Shown here piece by piece: positions 29,501-37,383 of a stretch of 64,000 nucleotides of DNA. Each line of letters opens with the position of its first letter. The stretch's first letter is position 1. The DNA is taken from the NCBI GenBank assembly GCA_965262725.1, contig OZ253555.1:1477256-1541255 (forward strand), in the 5' to 3' direction. Below the pieces are notes generated by a model. It searched no databases, had not been told where the DNA came from, and saw only the letters and a program-made list of their open reading frames with translations. Made by a program: the position numbers and the translations under genes. Origin of the DNA: Dehalococcoidia bacterium. Its GTDB lineage: Bacteria > Chloroflexota > Dehalococcoidia > UBA2979.

Positions 29501-31686
29501 GGTCGGAGCTCCGTGAGGAACCGTCGCTCCGTGTCGGCCTGTGGGCGGAGGAGCACTCCGCGCAGCTTTCGCCGGAAGAAGCGCGGCGTATTCAGGATCT
29601 CTTCGAGAGCGGGGTCCGCAACGTGCTGAGCTCGAGCACGACGATGGAGCTGGGTGTCGACATCGGCGGCCTGAGCGGCGTCCTCATGACCAACACGCCG
29701 CCCAGCCGCGCCCGCTACCTACAGCGAGCCGGGCGCGCGGGACGGCGCGGCGAGGGAGCCTCGGTCACCCTGCTGTTCGCCCGCAACCAACCGTTCGACC
29801 AAGAAGTCTTCCGGAACTTCGCGCAGTATCTCAGTGCCCCGATGCGGCCCCCGTCGGTACTGCTCGAACGGGACCGTCTGTCGCTGCGGCACGCCTACTC
29901 GCACGTTCTCGGCAGCTTCTTCCGCGCGCTGTGGGAGCCGGGCCAGAGTACGAGCACCATGGGAGCGTTCCGTCAGATGGGGGACTTCACAGGCAGCCCG
30001 TCGACCGTGCGGTGGCGATCCGGCCCCAAACCCGGGATCAGCGATCAGCCGCACCCGCCCGATCCCGCCTCGCCACCTGCCTGGTGGACCGCCGATGGCG
30101 GCCCACTCGAGGCACAGTTTCGGCGGTACATCGAGCACCTGGCCGGCCACCCGGGCGGGATCGCCGCCGACCTTCGGACCATCTTGTCCAACGCGAGAGC
30201 CGAGGAGCAGCTCGACGACTGGCCAAGATTCTGCGAGGAACTCCTCGACCGCTTCGACGAGTCGACCGCCGCATGGCGCGGCGAGTTCGACGAGTTCCTC
30301 GCCGCATGGGACCTGGCTGGGACAAGGCCGCTTGCTAACTTTCTCCACTTCCAGCTCGCCGAGCTGCGCGGGCGACCGGTGATCGCGCATCTCGCCGAGC
30401 ACCAGTTCCTGCCTCGCTTCGGTTTCCCACTGGGAGTCCTGCAGCTTCGCATCGACACCGACCGGGCCAATGGTGATTCCTGGGCGCTCGATCGGTCCGG
30501 GGCGTTGGCGCTGCGGGAGTACGCGCCGGGTGCGAAGGTGCTGGCGGGTGGACGGCAGATCACCTCTCGCGGGCTCGTCAAGCACTGGGTCGGGGAAGAC
30601 GAACAAGCGCTCGGTGCCCAGCGCCGCCTCCTGACGTGCTCCGAAGAACACTCGTATCTCTCAACCGGCGTCGCGCTGCACGATGAGTGCCCGTACTGCG
30701 GGGCAGCGCCGTCGGGGTCGGGAAACCAGGTCATCAGGGTCGCGCGCGGCTTCAAGACCGCGGCGTGGGATCCTCCGCGGCGCGCACGAGGAACGGAGCT
30801 CGTTGGCATGATCGAGGTCGTGCCGCCCGCCATCGGTCACGCGATGTCCGGCGAGCACACGGATGTCGAGATCGAGTCCGTGCCCGGCCTCCGCGCGGTC
30901 CACCTCGAGGGTGCGCAGCTGATCACCCTCAATGCCGGGGAGCACGGCTTCGGATTTCACATCTGCTATCGGTGCGGCTACGCGGGCTCCGAGCTTACGC
31001 GAGCGGCCACCGGGGCTCAGAACCTGCCGCCCGCGGCTCAGGATCACTCGCCCCTCTGGATGCGCCGCCGCCGCCGCGCTTGCTGGACCCAGGGCGCGCT
31101 GTCTTCGTTCGCTCGCAACCGTGTCCTGCTGCACGAGGAGACGACGGACGCGCTCGTGCTGGACTTCCGGGGCTGGAGTGTGGACCTGCGGGCAGAACGC
31201 GGTGCCCTGCTCGCCTGGGCTGCCGGATTGCCGCATGCGGTCGGGCAGACGCTCGACCTCGACGCCGGGGATGTCGCCGCCTCCCCGTACCCATTCAGCG
31301 ACGGCGTGGGCATCATCCTCCACGACACGGCTGCGGGCGGCGCCGGCCATGTCTCCGAACTGCTGCGAGGCTCCATGGCGCGCGATGTCCTCGAAGCCCT
31401 CCGCGTCCGCCTGTACGTCGACGAGGCGCACAACGCCCGATGCGTGCAGGGCTGCCTCTCGTGCGTGTTGAGCTACGAGGCGCAGCACTTGGTCGAAGTC
31501 GGCCTCGATCGCCCGCGTGGGCTCGCGCTCCTCGACGCGCTCCTCTCGGGCGGCGCAGGCACCATGCCGGAGCCCAGCCCCGCGCCGGCCGATGGGACAC
31601 CGATGCTGCAGCACGATGCGGAGGAACGGATAGCTCACGCTGCGGCGCGCAGACGCGGGCGATCCCGAAGGCGGACTTCAGGGTGA
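26563..31686 (+). CDS. druE: DruE-like SF2 helicase (1707 aa) with a C-terminal DUF1998 zinc-binding domain.
   Basis: Motif I VSAGTGAGKTESFLLP. Motif Ia LYPMNALVRDQ. TNYSMLEYML. Motif II VVLDEAHLYTG. Motif VI YLQRAGRAGRRGEG. C-terminal Cys clusters CPYCGAAPSG, FHICYRCGYAG and CVQGCLSCV match the DUF1998 4-Cys motif. GTG start with SD GGAGGA at 26549-26554. Confidence 0.9.
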   Translation: MPGKLDSLGLAESLRRRMADFASADLYVTDPEIQRAAGAVWEDEESGLVGELWVEGIMPPMPGQRLQKIAEAGGFDQDLLGRLTESGAWGDWRLHEHQERAIRAASSDLGGAVMVSAGTGAGKTESFLLPLVDRLWSAPRRGSGMRALILYPMNALVRDQMDRLDAWLGGQSRLTYFHFTSETPETESEADRRGIAKQFASRVRSRDEARRAPPDICVTNYSMLEYMLARPQDAPFFGEGLEVVVLDEAHLYTGTLASEIMFLLRRVLLRCGLTATDILHLATSATLGGDDDELRAFLSQLTATPPGRACVIRGRPQPSAPLPASGSDQRAGALVQLDGRLPSNAGGTDVLSILGAETDDDSDAPIVLGRRLADWPATERLRSALHAEPGVPHLLVELAEKVWPHGGKSNVAATAALLRWTSIAQSGPDAPLLAHRLHLPLRGPGGLGLCLNGDCSGPEERQKTGCGAVQDARGDRCRWCSSVVLPIARCEGCGLVVLTARQQHARFVPEPVPGRGTRRTAMEVRGLLLGFADPAPGAVEVLPDGSVGGGGVRLRPLPPLDADTPYETGCAHELFEPLARGAGLLLSVIAETSLAAMPPDSDPDRARTRPAGGRRLLVFSDSRREAARLGPALTWGHEVQLVRAEILRLMDAASPDDVSATREYLKSDIARLQNLLERDPPSSTRQLIERDLADRVTDLRAHILGGPMHDWERALARSDKLAEILSFDGASIHRRAEWSDESWSENHRANGRRARALLAREFVAPPGRSAGASLEALGLALVDYPELRELPPPTLGQLPSTIRERAVEQWPQFVAALLDSLRVDGGITTGEQELDDYYSEDHAPIGKWISFEGPDRRDRARFRGATSRHRRNAFLIRLLLDFGATGEQLDEFEPLLARAAFDWLRTAEPRPEWLERHQTEPWFRVRFPDLALRRPDEVWLDESRLIVGFVVNGRHPRGTGRFVQRRQSELDADPRFQRLRSELREEPSLRVGLWAEEHSAQLSPEEARRIQDLFESGVRNVLSSSTTMELGVDIGGLSGVLMTNTPPSRARYLQRAGRAGRRGEGASVTLLFARNQPFDQEVFRNFAQYLSAPMRPPSVLLERDRLSLRHAYSHVLGSFFRALWEPGQSTSTMGAFRQMGDFTGSPSTVRWRSGPKPGISDQPHPPDPASPPAWWTADGGPLEAQFRRYIEHLAGHPGGIAADLRTILSNARAEEQLDDWPRFCEELLDRFDESTAAWRGEFDEFLAAWDLAGTRPLANFLHFQLAELRGRPVIAHLAEHQFLPRFGFPLGVLQLRIDTDRANGDSWALDRSGALALREYAPGAKVLAGGRQITSRGLVKHWVGEDEQALGAQRRLLTCSEEHSYLSTGVALHDECPYCGAAPSGSGNQVIRVARGFKTAAWDPPRRARGTELVGMIEVVPPAIGHAMSGEHTDVEIESVPGLRAVHLEGAQLITLNAGEHGFGFHICYRCGYAGSELTRAATGAQNLPPAAQDHSPLWMRRRRRACWTQGALSSFARNRVLLHEETTDALVLDFRGWSVDLRAERGALLAWAAGLPHAVGQTLDLDAGDVAASPYPFSDGVGIILHDTAAGGAGHVSELLRGSMARDVLEALRVRLYVDEAHNARCVQGCLSCVLSYEAQHLVEVGLDRPRGLALLDALLSGGAGTMPEPSPAPADGTPMLQHDAEERIAHAAARRRGRSRRRTSG

Positions 31687-32208
31687 TCAACAGCCGTCGT
31701 GTAGTTGGCGGTATAGCCGTACCACCCTCCCAAAGCAGCGCTCAGAACGAGAGCGCCAGATACAACCTGGCACATCCCTTTTCCCTTTTCGCACGACCGC
31801 AGCTTCATACCGATGTTTGCCCGGTGGTGACACCAGACGGCAGCGGCAGAGCCAGTGCCAAGGGGCCTCGTCTCCGTAGGCATGCGTGGCGCAAGGGAGT
31901 GGTATGAGCCAGGACGGAACGTCATGTGAGTCCGTCATGTCAGGTTCAGAGAGGGCTCCAAGACGAGTTGGTGGCACAGGCTGGGACGGCTGGCGGCGAA
32001 CTCAAAACCCGTTGGGGCCTCGAATTGTCGGCGACGGCAAACTGGCAAGAACACAATTGCTAAGGAAGGCAGCAATTGGGGACCAGTTTGGGGATCAACA
32101 CGGGGGCACAGGACGGTACGACAGGGGACGCGGAGTGACGGCGACCGCTCGATTCACGATTGGAGCGGGACCAGATCGCACGTCCGGGGACCAATCAACA
32201 CCGATTCT

Positions 32209-32264
32209 GGGGGCTTCATAAGCCCTTGGTCGCAGGTTCGAATCCTGCCCCTGCTACCAACCTT
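32209..32264 (+). repeat. 3' half of tRNA-Met(CAT) (tRNA positions ~26-76, plus CCA and 5 downstream nt). An att-site-like partial copy of the tRNA gene found at 54441..54516.
   Basis: gggggcttcataagcccttggtcgcaggttcgaatcctgcccctgctaccaacctt matches the tRNA gene at 54441..54516 (opposite orientation) except for one base in the anticodon stem. There is no D-arm or 5' acceptor strand upstream. Confidence 0.8.
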
Positions 32265-32271
32265 CGCGCTC

Positions 32272-32586
32272 TTGCTGGCCGCGTGCGATTCCGGGTCCGG
32301 GGACTCCTCGGCGAGCGCGCCCGCCGCGACTTCCGATGGCCCCACCGGCGAGCTCTCCGCGAACGACGCGACGGAGGCAGAGCTCGTTTCGGCCTTCGAA
32401 GCAGCGGGTATCACCAACGCCAGCCAGTGGGCGCACGAGGTCGAGGAGTACCGCCCCTACCCGGCGGACGACCCCGACTTCGCCGCCGGCGGCCACCTGA
32501 ACGAGCTGAGCTTCCACACCATCGCCTTGTACGCGTTCGAAGAAAATGAATGGCGTGACAGATCGCCAGATCCCCGATCGGAGTAG
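32272..32586 (+). CDS. ComEA-like helix-hairpin-helix lipoprotein fragment. The lipobox LLAAC is present but there is no room for a signal peptide, so it is probably 5'-truncated at the att-like repeat.
   Basis: The reading frame opens inside the tRNA fragment (TFALLLAAC DSGSG...). NDATEAELVSAFEAAGITNASQWAHEVEEYRPY resembles the ComEA HhH DNA-binding region. Only a TTG start is available. Confidence 0.4.
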   Translation: MLAACDSGSGDSSASAPAATSDGPTGELSANDATEAELVSAFEAAGITNASQWAHEVEEYRPYPADDPDFAAGGHLNELSFHTIALYAFEENEWRDRSPDPRSE

Positions 32587-32634
32587 GGACCGAATGGCAC
32601 GTCCGGGGAGTACGCGAGACGACTTCTCGAGACC

Positions 32635-33375
32635 TCAGATTGTTAGTCGCGGGCCCAGCTCCCGAAGCCGGTCGCGGCGGCGGAGGTAGTCCGTCACCGC
32701 TTGCGCGACGATGGCCCAGTACTCGGACGTGTGGCCCCGGACGCGCAGATGGGCGAGTTCGTGAGCGACGATGTAGTCGATGATCGCGGGCGGGGCCATG
32801 ATGACGCGCCAGTTGAAGCGCAGCGTCCCGTCAGGGGAGCAACTCGCCCAGCGCTTGCGCTGACCCCGGATCAGAGTCGCCTTCGGATGGACGCCGAGGA
32901 GGCCTGCCATTCGCTCGATACGGGGCGGGAGCTCCAGGGCGGCGCGTTCGCGGTACCACGCCTCGAATGCGGCGCGTACGGTCACTATCCGCTCTTCGCC
33001 CCGCACGGTCCGCGGCACACCCACATCGAAGTGCCAGTGGCGAAAGCGGATTGCGACCCCATCGTCGTCGGTCGGATGGACGGTCATCGCCACGGACCGC
33101 CCTAGGTACGGGAGCGACTCCCCGCTCACAAACCGCCGAGGCGGCGGAGCGGCAGACGCCGCGCCGTCGTGCCGCATGATCCACCGTGCGCGGCGCCGCA
33201 CGGCCGCTTCGAGATGGTCGGCCGGCGTGTCGGCCGGCGCCGCCACGGTGACCGATCCTGGCTCATCGACTGTGATCTGGATCGTCTTGCGCCGCCTCCG
33301 GCTGCGGACGACCTGGTAGCGGATCCGGGCGTCGCCGAAGTCGACCTCGCCACGCTCTGTCATGCGAGGCGTCAC
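32635..33375 (-). CDS. YgjP-like zinc metallopeptidase (DUF45/WLM-like; HExxH), 246 aa.
   Basis: HELAHL plus a downstream E/H. Overall similarity to UPF0054/YgjP hydrolases, a family often linked to R-M loci. Confidence 0.8.
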   Translation of the reverse strand: MTPRMTERGEVDFGDARIRYQVVRSRRRRKTIQITVDEPGSVTVAAPADTPADHLEAAVRRRARWIMRHDGAASAAPPPRRFVSGESLPYLGRSVAMTVHPTDDDGVAIRFRHWHFDVGVPRTVRGEERIVTVRAAFEAWYRERAALELPPRIERMAGLLGVHPKATLIRGQRKRWASCSPDGTLRFNWRVIMAPPAIIDYIVAHELAHLRVRGHTSEYWAIVAQAVTDYLRRRDRLRELGPRLTI

Positions 33376-33529
33376 CGTGCCACCTCAACGACCTGTCTGA
33401 AGAGCTCGTCGAGATCGCCCTCGTCGTAGCGGTTGGTTCGGCGGAGCAGCCGCTTGATGTCGCGTCGCATCTCCTGCTGGACATCGAGGTGCTCGCGCCA
33501 GTCGATGATCGAGCGATGCTGTTGGCGTG

Positions 33530-34513
33530 TCACGGCAGAATCTCTCTCAGTACAGCCGCTTGTGTTTCGGTCGCCCGCATGTTCTGGAGGTCTCGGCGAA
33601 TCGCGGCTGCAGGGTCCTCCTGATCCGCTTGCAGGACGCGGACGATGGCCTCGAACGGCGCCGAAGCGAGTTCAGCGAGAGCGGGCATGGCCGCGATCTC
33701 CTCGGGGGAGATTCCTCTGCGGTCCCGATACCCAGCGAGGAACCCGCGGGCAAAGACCGGCCGCAGGACTCGAGAGCCTCGTCGCTCACGCCCGAAGCTG
33801 AGAACGCCGCGGACGATGTCTGACGCCCGCGGGCCACGTTCCAGCTTGTCGAAGTCAAGCAACGCGACCATGCCATCGTCCCTGAAGAGTGTGTTTCGCC
33901 CGTGGTAGTCGTTGTGCAGCCAGCCAGTTGGCAGGGCATCGAGGAGCCCGGAAGGCAGTGAGACCGAGATGGCCTCGAGTCGCCGCCGGTAGCGCCGGAA
34001 CTCGGGCTCCAGCGGCGAGCTGCCGAACGCGCGCCGGAGTTCGTCCACCACCTCGCGTGGTGTCGCCACGAAGCGACGCACGTCTTCCTCCACGTGCGAG
34101 GCCTTGGCGGCAGCAACGAAGCGGTCGGCCAGGTCGTGGAACTCGGCGAGGCGACGTCCGGCTTCCCGCGCCTGGTCGAGTCGCGCAAAGTCGAAGTGCT
34201 CGCCGTCCACGAGCTCGAAGAGGGTCCATGGGAACCCTTCTTCGTCCACCACGACAGGGTCGGCGGTCCTCGATTCGATGACGCGCGCGACCGGGAAACC
34301 GAGCGCGTCGAGGTGCTGCTGGAACCGAATCTGGAACCGCACTCGCTCGGGATCGCGATTGCGCCGGTACCTCCGGACCGCGAACGAACGCCCGCGCGAG
34401 TCGACGACACGCAAGTTGTCGTTGCGGGTGCCCGCGTCGAATGCCCCAACGAACCGCGGCTGGTCGAGCGCGTAGCGGGCGAGCACCGAGGTTAGGGCGG
34501 CTGGTGAATCCAC
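33530..34513 (-). CDS. Phosphotransferase-family protein (APH / homoserine kinase II / choline-kinase-like), 327 aa.
   Basis: Catalytic loop HNDYHGRN (cf. HGDxHxxN). DFD metal-binding motif LLDFD. Confidence 0.8.
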   Translation of the reverse strand: MDSPAALTSVLARYALDQPRFVGAFDAGTRNDNLRVVDSRGRSFAVRRYRRNRDPERVRFQIRFQQHLDALGFPVARVIESRTADPVVVDEEGFPWTLFELVDGEHFDFARLDQAREAGRRLAEFHDLADRFVAAAKASHVEEDVRRFVATPREVVDELRRAFGSSPLEPEFRRYRRRLEAISVSLPSGLLDALPTGWLHNDYHGRNTLFRDDGMVALLDFDKLERGPRASDIVRGVLSFGRERRGSRVLRPVFARGFLAGYRDRRGISPEEIAAMPALAELASAPFEAIVRVLQADQEDPAAAIRRDLQNMRATETQAAVLREILP

Positions 34514-34981
34514 GGCTGTTCGGTGTCGCTCCCATCAGGATCGTCTACAGGTTAGGGCTGCCGCGTGCATCGCCCAACGGGAGGTCGTACTCCCGAGAGG
34601 ACCACACCGTGGTGGCGTGGTTCTGGTCGCGTGCGCACCGAGGTGCCGCCTGCAGCAGTCTCAACGGGACGGAACCATCAGGGCTGTCGCCCTCCAACCA
34701 CAGCTCCGTCAAGCCCGTGAGCTCTCCCCGAGAAGGCCGCCCAGGGGCTCCGATCGTGATGCTCCGCCACATATAGCCTCGGTGAGCACGAGGCCGAACT
34801 GTACGGGGCGGAGGCGAGGAGTCTTCAGCGCGCAGTGACCTCGAGCGAGCATTGAGCCGACACCGGCATCGATGGGGACACACACTGAGAAGGCACAGGC
34901 GGTCCTAGGAGTGGTGGACGAGTGTCGATCTGCTCCTGCTCAAGGGGCGTGCGGGGCGATGTCGGCAGCAGAGGGTGAACA

Positions 34982-35419
34982 GTGATGCCCGGTGACCTCG
35001 TCCAGCTAGACCGAGTAGACGTCATGTATGTGCGCGAGTACGGGAAGCCGAGCGAAGAGGCCTTCGCTGAATTGGAAGAGGTGGTGGGGCTGAAAGGAAG
35101 GCGCTTCTACGGGGTCGTCAACGAGGGTGCCGGGCAGTACCGGGCATGCGTCCGACGCCGGAAGCAAGACGACCCCTCCAGTCTTGGCCTCAGAACAGGC
35201 GCTATCGAGGGTGGACTGTACGCATTTGAACGGCTGATCGGCGACTACAAGGCCCTGATCGCCCTCATCGGCCCTACGTTCGAGGGAATGCGCGCCCGGC
35301 ATCCCGTCGACTCGTCAAGGCCCTCTATCGAGTTCTATCGTCGGCACGACGAGATCGTGCTGTACCTTCCCGTTTCTGAATCGGAATCTAGCGGGATAGC
35401 AGGTCAGACTGGGGACTAG
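34982..35419 (+). CDS. GyrI-like small-molecule-binding domain protein, 145 aa.
   Basis: FYGVVNEGAGQYRACV...GLYAFERLIGDYKALIALIGPTFEGMRARHPVDSSRPSIEFY follows the GyrI-like/SbmC effector-domain pattern. Confidence 0.65.
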   Translation: MMPGDLVQLDRVDVMYVREYGKPSEEAFAELEEVVGLKGRRFYGVVNEGAGQYRACVRRRKQDDPSSLGLRTGAIEGGLYAFERLIGDYKALIALIGPTFEGMRARHPVDSSRPSIEFYRRHDEIVLYLPVSESESSGIAGQTGD

Positions 35420-35548
35420 TGGCCGCCTGTGTGCGGGCTCGAGCGGAACACCAAGCAGCGCCGCACATCCACGAGGCCGGCAGCGGCGTGAGTCACCGCA
35501 AGCCGCGTTCAGCAGCCACAGCGACGCCTATGCGCGGGTACTGAACCC

Positions 35549-35897
35549 GGAGCCGCTCGGTGTGTAAGGATTCTCCGTGTGAACGTGAGTCCCCCGCCCG
35601 CCGGGCTGTCTCGACGAGTCGCGAGGCTCATGGGCTCGGCGGTCGAGTCCGGTTGTCCGGCCGCGGGTGGGTACACCCCTGCCGAGCGTTGGTCTCTGAC
35701 CCTTGCGGACGGGCGGCGTGTCTTCGCCAAGACCGGCGCAGACACACCGCAGTCTGCGGTCGCCAGCTGGCTGCGTCGCGAACACCAGGCCTACCGAGAC
35801 ATCTCCGCACCCTTCATGCCGGCGCTGCTTGGATGGGACGACGACGGTCGTCACCCCTTGCTCCTCCTGGAGGAGCTCAGTCACGGGAAATGGCCCC
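35549..35897 (+). repeat. Copy A of a ~350-bp inverted repeat (upstream region plus first ~106 codons of the 35579 phosphotransferase gene).
   Basis: ~95% identical to the reverse complement of 40597..40946. The track ORFs 40572..40916(-) and 40302..40886(+) reproduce the sense and antisense translations of 35579..36505(+) and 35528..36199(-) almost residue for residue. Confidence 0.8.
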
Positions 35898-36505
35898 CTC
35901 CATGGAGTGCAGAGCAGATTGCCGCGGTCCGATCCACCGTGGAGGACGTTGCGCGGACGCGACCACCGGTGTGGGCTGAGGACATCGAGGAACGAGAGCG
36001 AGGGCACCTCTCCGGGTGGCTCCGAGTTCGGGAGGACCCCGCCCCCTTCCTCAGCCTGGGGCTCAGCGACGAACGGTGGCTGCGCACGTGTCTCCCAGCC
36101 CTCATCGAGTCGGCCGAGTCGGCACAACTCGATGGCGGCTCGCTCGTTCACTTCGACGTGCGCAGCGACAACCTCTGCTTCGTGAACGACGATGTCCACC
36201 GACGCGTGACGCTCGTCGACTGGAACTGGTGCGGACGCGGGAGTCCGTTGCTCGACCTCATGTCATGGCTCCCGAGCCTGCATTCCGAGGGAGGACCAGC
36301 CCCGTGGGACATGGTCGAGGAATCCAGGGGTTTCGCAGCGCTGCTCAGTGGGTACTTCGCGGCACAAGCCGGGCTGCCACCGACCGGCAGCGGCACACGG
36401 GGCCGACAGTTGCAGCTGGCCTGCCTCCGCAGCGCTCTTCCGTGGGCAATTCGAGAACTTCGGTTACCGGAACCACCTATCGAGCGATCATCGGTCCCTG
36501 ACTAG
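35579..36505 (+). CDS. Phosphotransferase-family protein (aminoglycoside/antibiotic-kinase-like), 308 aa. Its 5' ~320 bp is duplicated in inverted orientation at 40597..40946.
   Basis: HFDVRSDNLCF (catalytic loop). DWNWCGRGSPLLD (DxD-type metal site). Confidence 0.8.
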   Translation: MNVSPPPAGLSRRVARLMGSAVESGCPAAGGYTPAERWSLTLADGRRVFAKTGADTPQSAVASWLRREHQAYRDISAPFMPALLGWDDDGRHPLLLLEELSHGKWPPPWSAEQIAAVRSTVEDVARTRPPVWAEDIEERERGHLSGWLRVREDPAPFLSLGLSDERWLRTCLPALIESAESAQLDGGSLVHFDVRSDNLCFVNDDVHRRVTLVDWNWCGRGSPLLDLMSWLPSLHSEGGPAPWDMVEESRGFAALLSGYFAAQAGLPPTGSGTRGRQLQLACLRSALPWAIRELRLPEPPIERSSVPD

Positions 36506-36584
36506 GAATGGTGCGGGTGGGAATGATGCTTACATCTGGCCCCACTTTGATCCTCTGATCTGGCCCCACCCCCGGGGACCGGGA

Positions 36585-37367
36585 TCAGGTCGTTGGGGCA
36601 CCTCCTCTCGGGGAGGTCGAGGCCCGGAGCCGGTAGGACTCGGTGCCGGTCTCGATGATATGGGCACGGTAGGTGAGGCGGTCAACGACGGCCGCGGCGA
36701 GACGAGGGTCGGTGAAGATGCGGCCCCACTCGGAGAACGGGGAGTTGGAGGCGACGGCGACCGATGCCCGTTCCTCGCGCTCGGTCAGGATCTGGAACAG
36801 CATTTCGGCACCGCGCGGGTCGAGGTGGACGTACCCGAACTCATCCAGGCAGAGCAGGTCGAGGCGGCCGTAGCGGGCGACGAGGCGTGAGAGCGCGCGA
36901 TCATCCGACGCTTCGGCCAGTTCATTCACCAGGGCGGCCGTGGTCATGTACCGCACGCGCAGCCCCAGGTGGCAGGCGGCCATGCCGAGGCCGATGAGCA
37001 GGTGTGACTTCCCGGTGCCGCTGTCACCGAGCAGGACGACGGGCTCGCCCCTTTCGACCCAGTCGCAGCGCTCCAGCGTGGCGAGCGCCGGCGCGTCGAC
37101 TGTCGGCGCCGCCTCGAGGTCGAAGTCGGCGAGGTACTTGAAACGCGGGAACCGCGCCTCGACGATACGGCGCTGACGGCGCCGCTCCTCACGGTCATCG
37201 CGTTCGGCTCCCAGCACTTCGGCGAGATAGCCCAGATGGGTGATCCGGTCTCGGACCGCGGCTTCGGCGAGCGGGAGCGCCTGCTTCCTGACGGTGGGGA
37301 GACGGAGCTCGCGGCAGATCGCCTCGATTGTCAGCTCCGCGGCCTGGTCGGTGAGGGGTGCTGTCAT
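36585..37367 (-). CDS. istB: IS21-family IstB helper ATPase, 260 aa.
   Basis: Walker A LLGDSGTGKSHLL. Walker B LLCLDEFG. ATG at 37367 follows RBS caggaggcac. The track ORF start at 37526 adds 53 improbable codons. Confidence 0.85.
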   Translation of the reverse strand: MTAPLTDQAAELTIEAICRELRLPTVRKQALPLAEAAVRDRITHLGYLAEVLGAERDDREERRRQRRIVEARFPRFKYLADFDLEAAPTVDAPALATLERCDWVERGEPVVLLGDSGTGKSHLLIGLGMAACHLGLRVRYMTTAALVNELAEASDDRALSRLVARYGRLDLLCLDEFGYVHLDPRGAEMLFQILTEREERASVAVASNSPFSEWGRIFTDPRLAAAVVDRLTYRAHIIETGTESYRLRASTSPRGGAPTT

Positions 37368-37383
37368 CGGGTGCCTCCTGTGG

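Noticed and set aside
26682-31638. Numerous 100-400-aa ORFs on both strands inside the 1707-aa helicase gene and inside the 901-aa gene.
   Set aside because: All lie inside or antisense to long motif-bearing ORFs and are compositionally biased. They are high-GC artefacts.
31886-32221. ORF 31886..32221(+) between the helicase gene and the tRNA fragment.
   Set aside because: Gly/Arg-rich low-complexity translation in a lower-GC, att-proximal region. It is more plausibly non-coding regulatory/arm DNA.
32164-32259. Possibility that 32164-32259 is a complete long-arm tRNA.
   Set aside because: Only positions ~26-76 match a tRNA. No D-arm or properly pairing 5' acceptor strand exists upstream.
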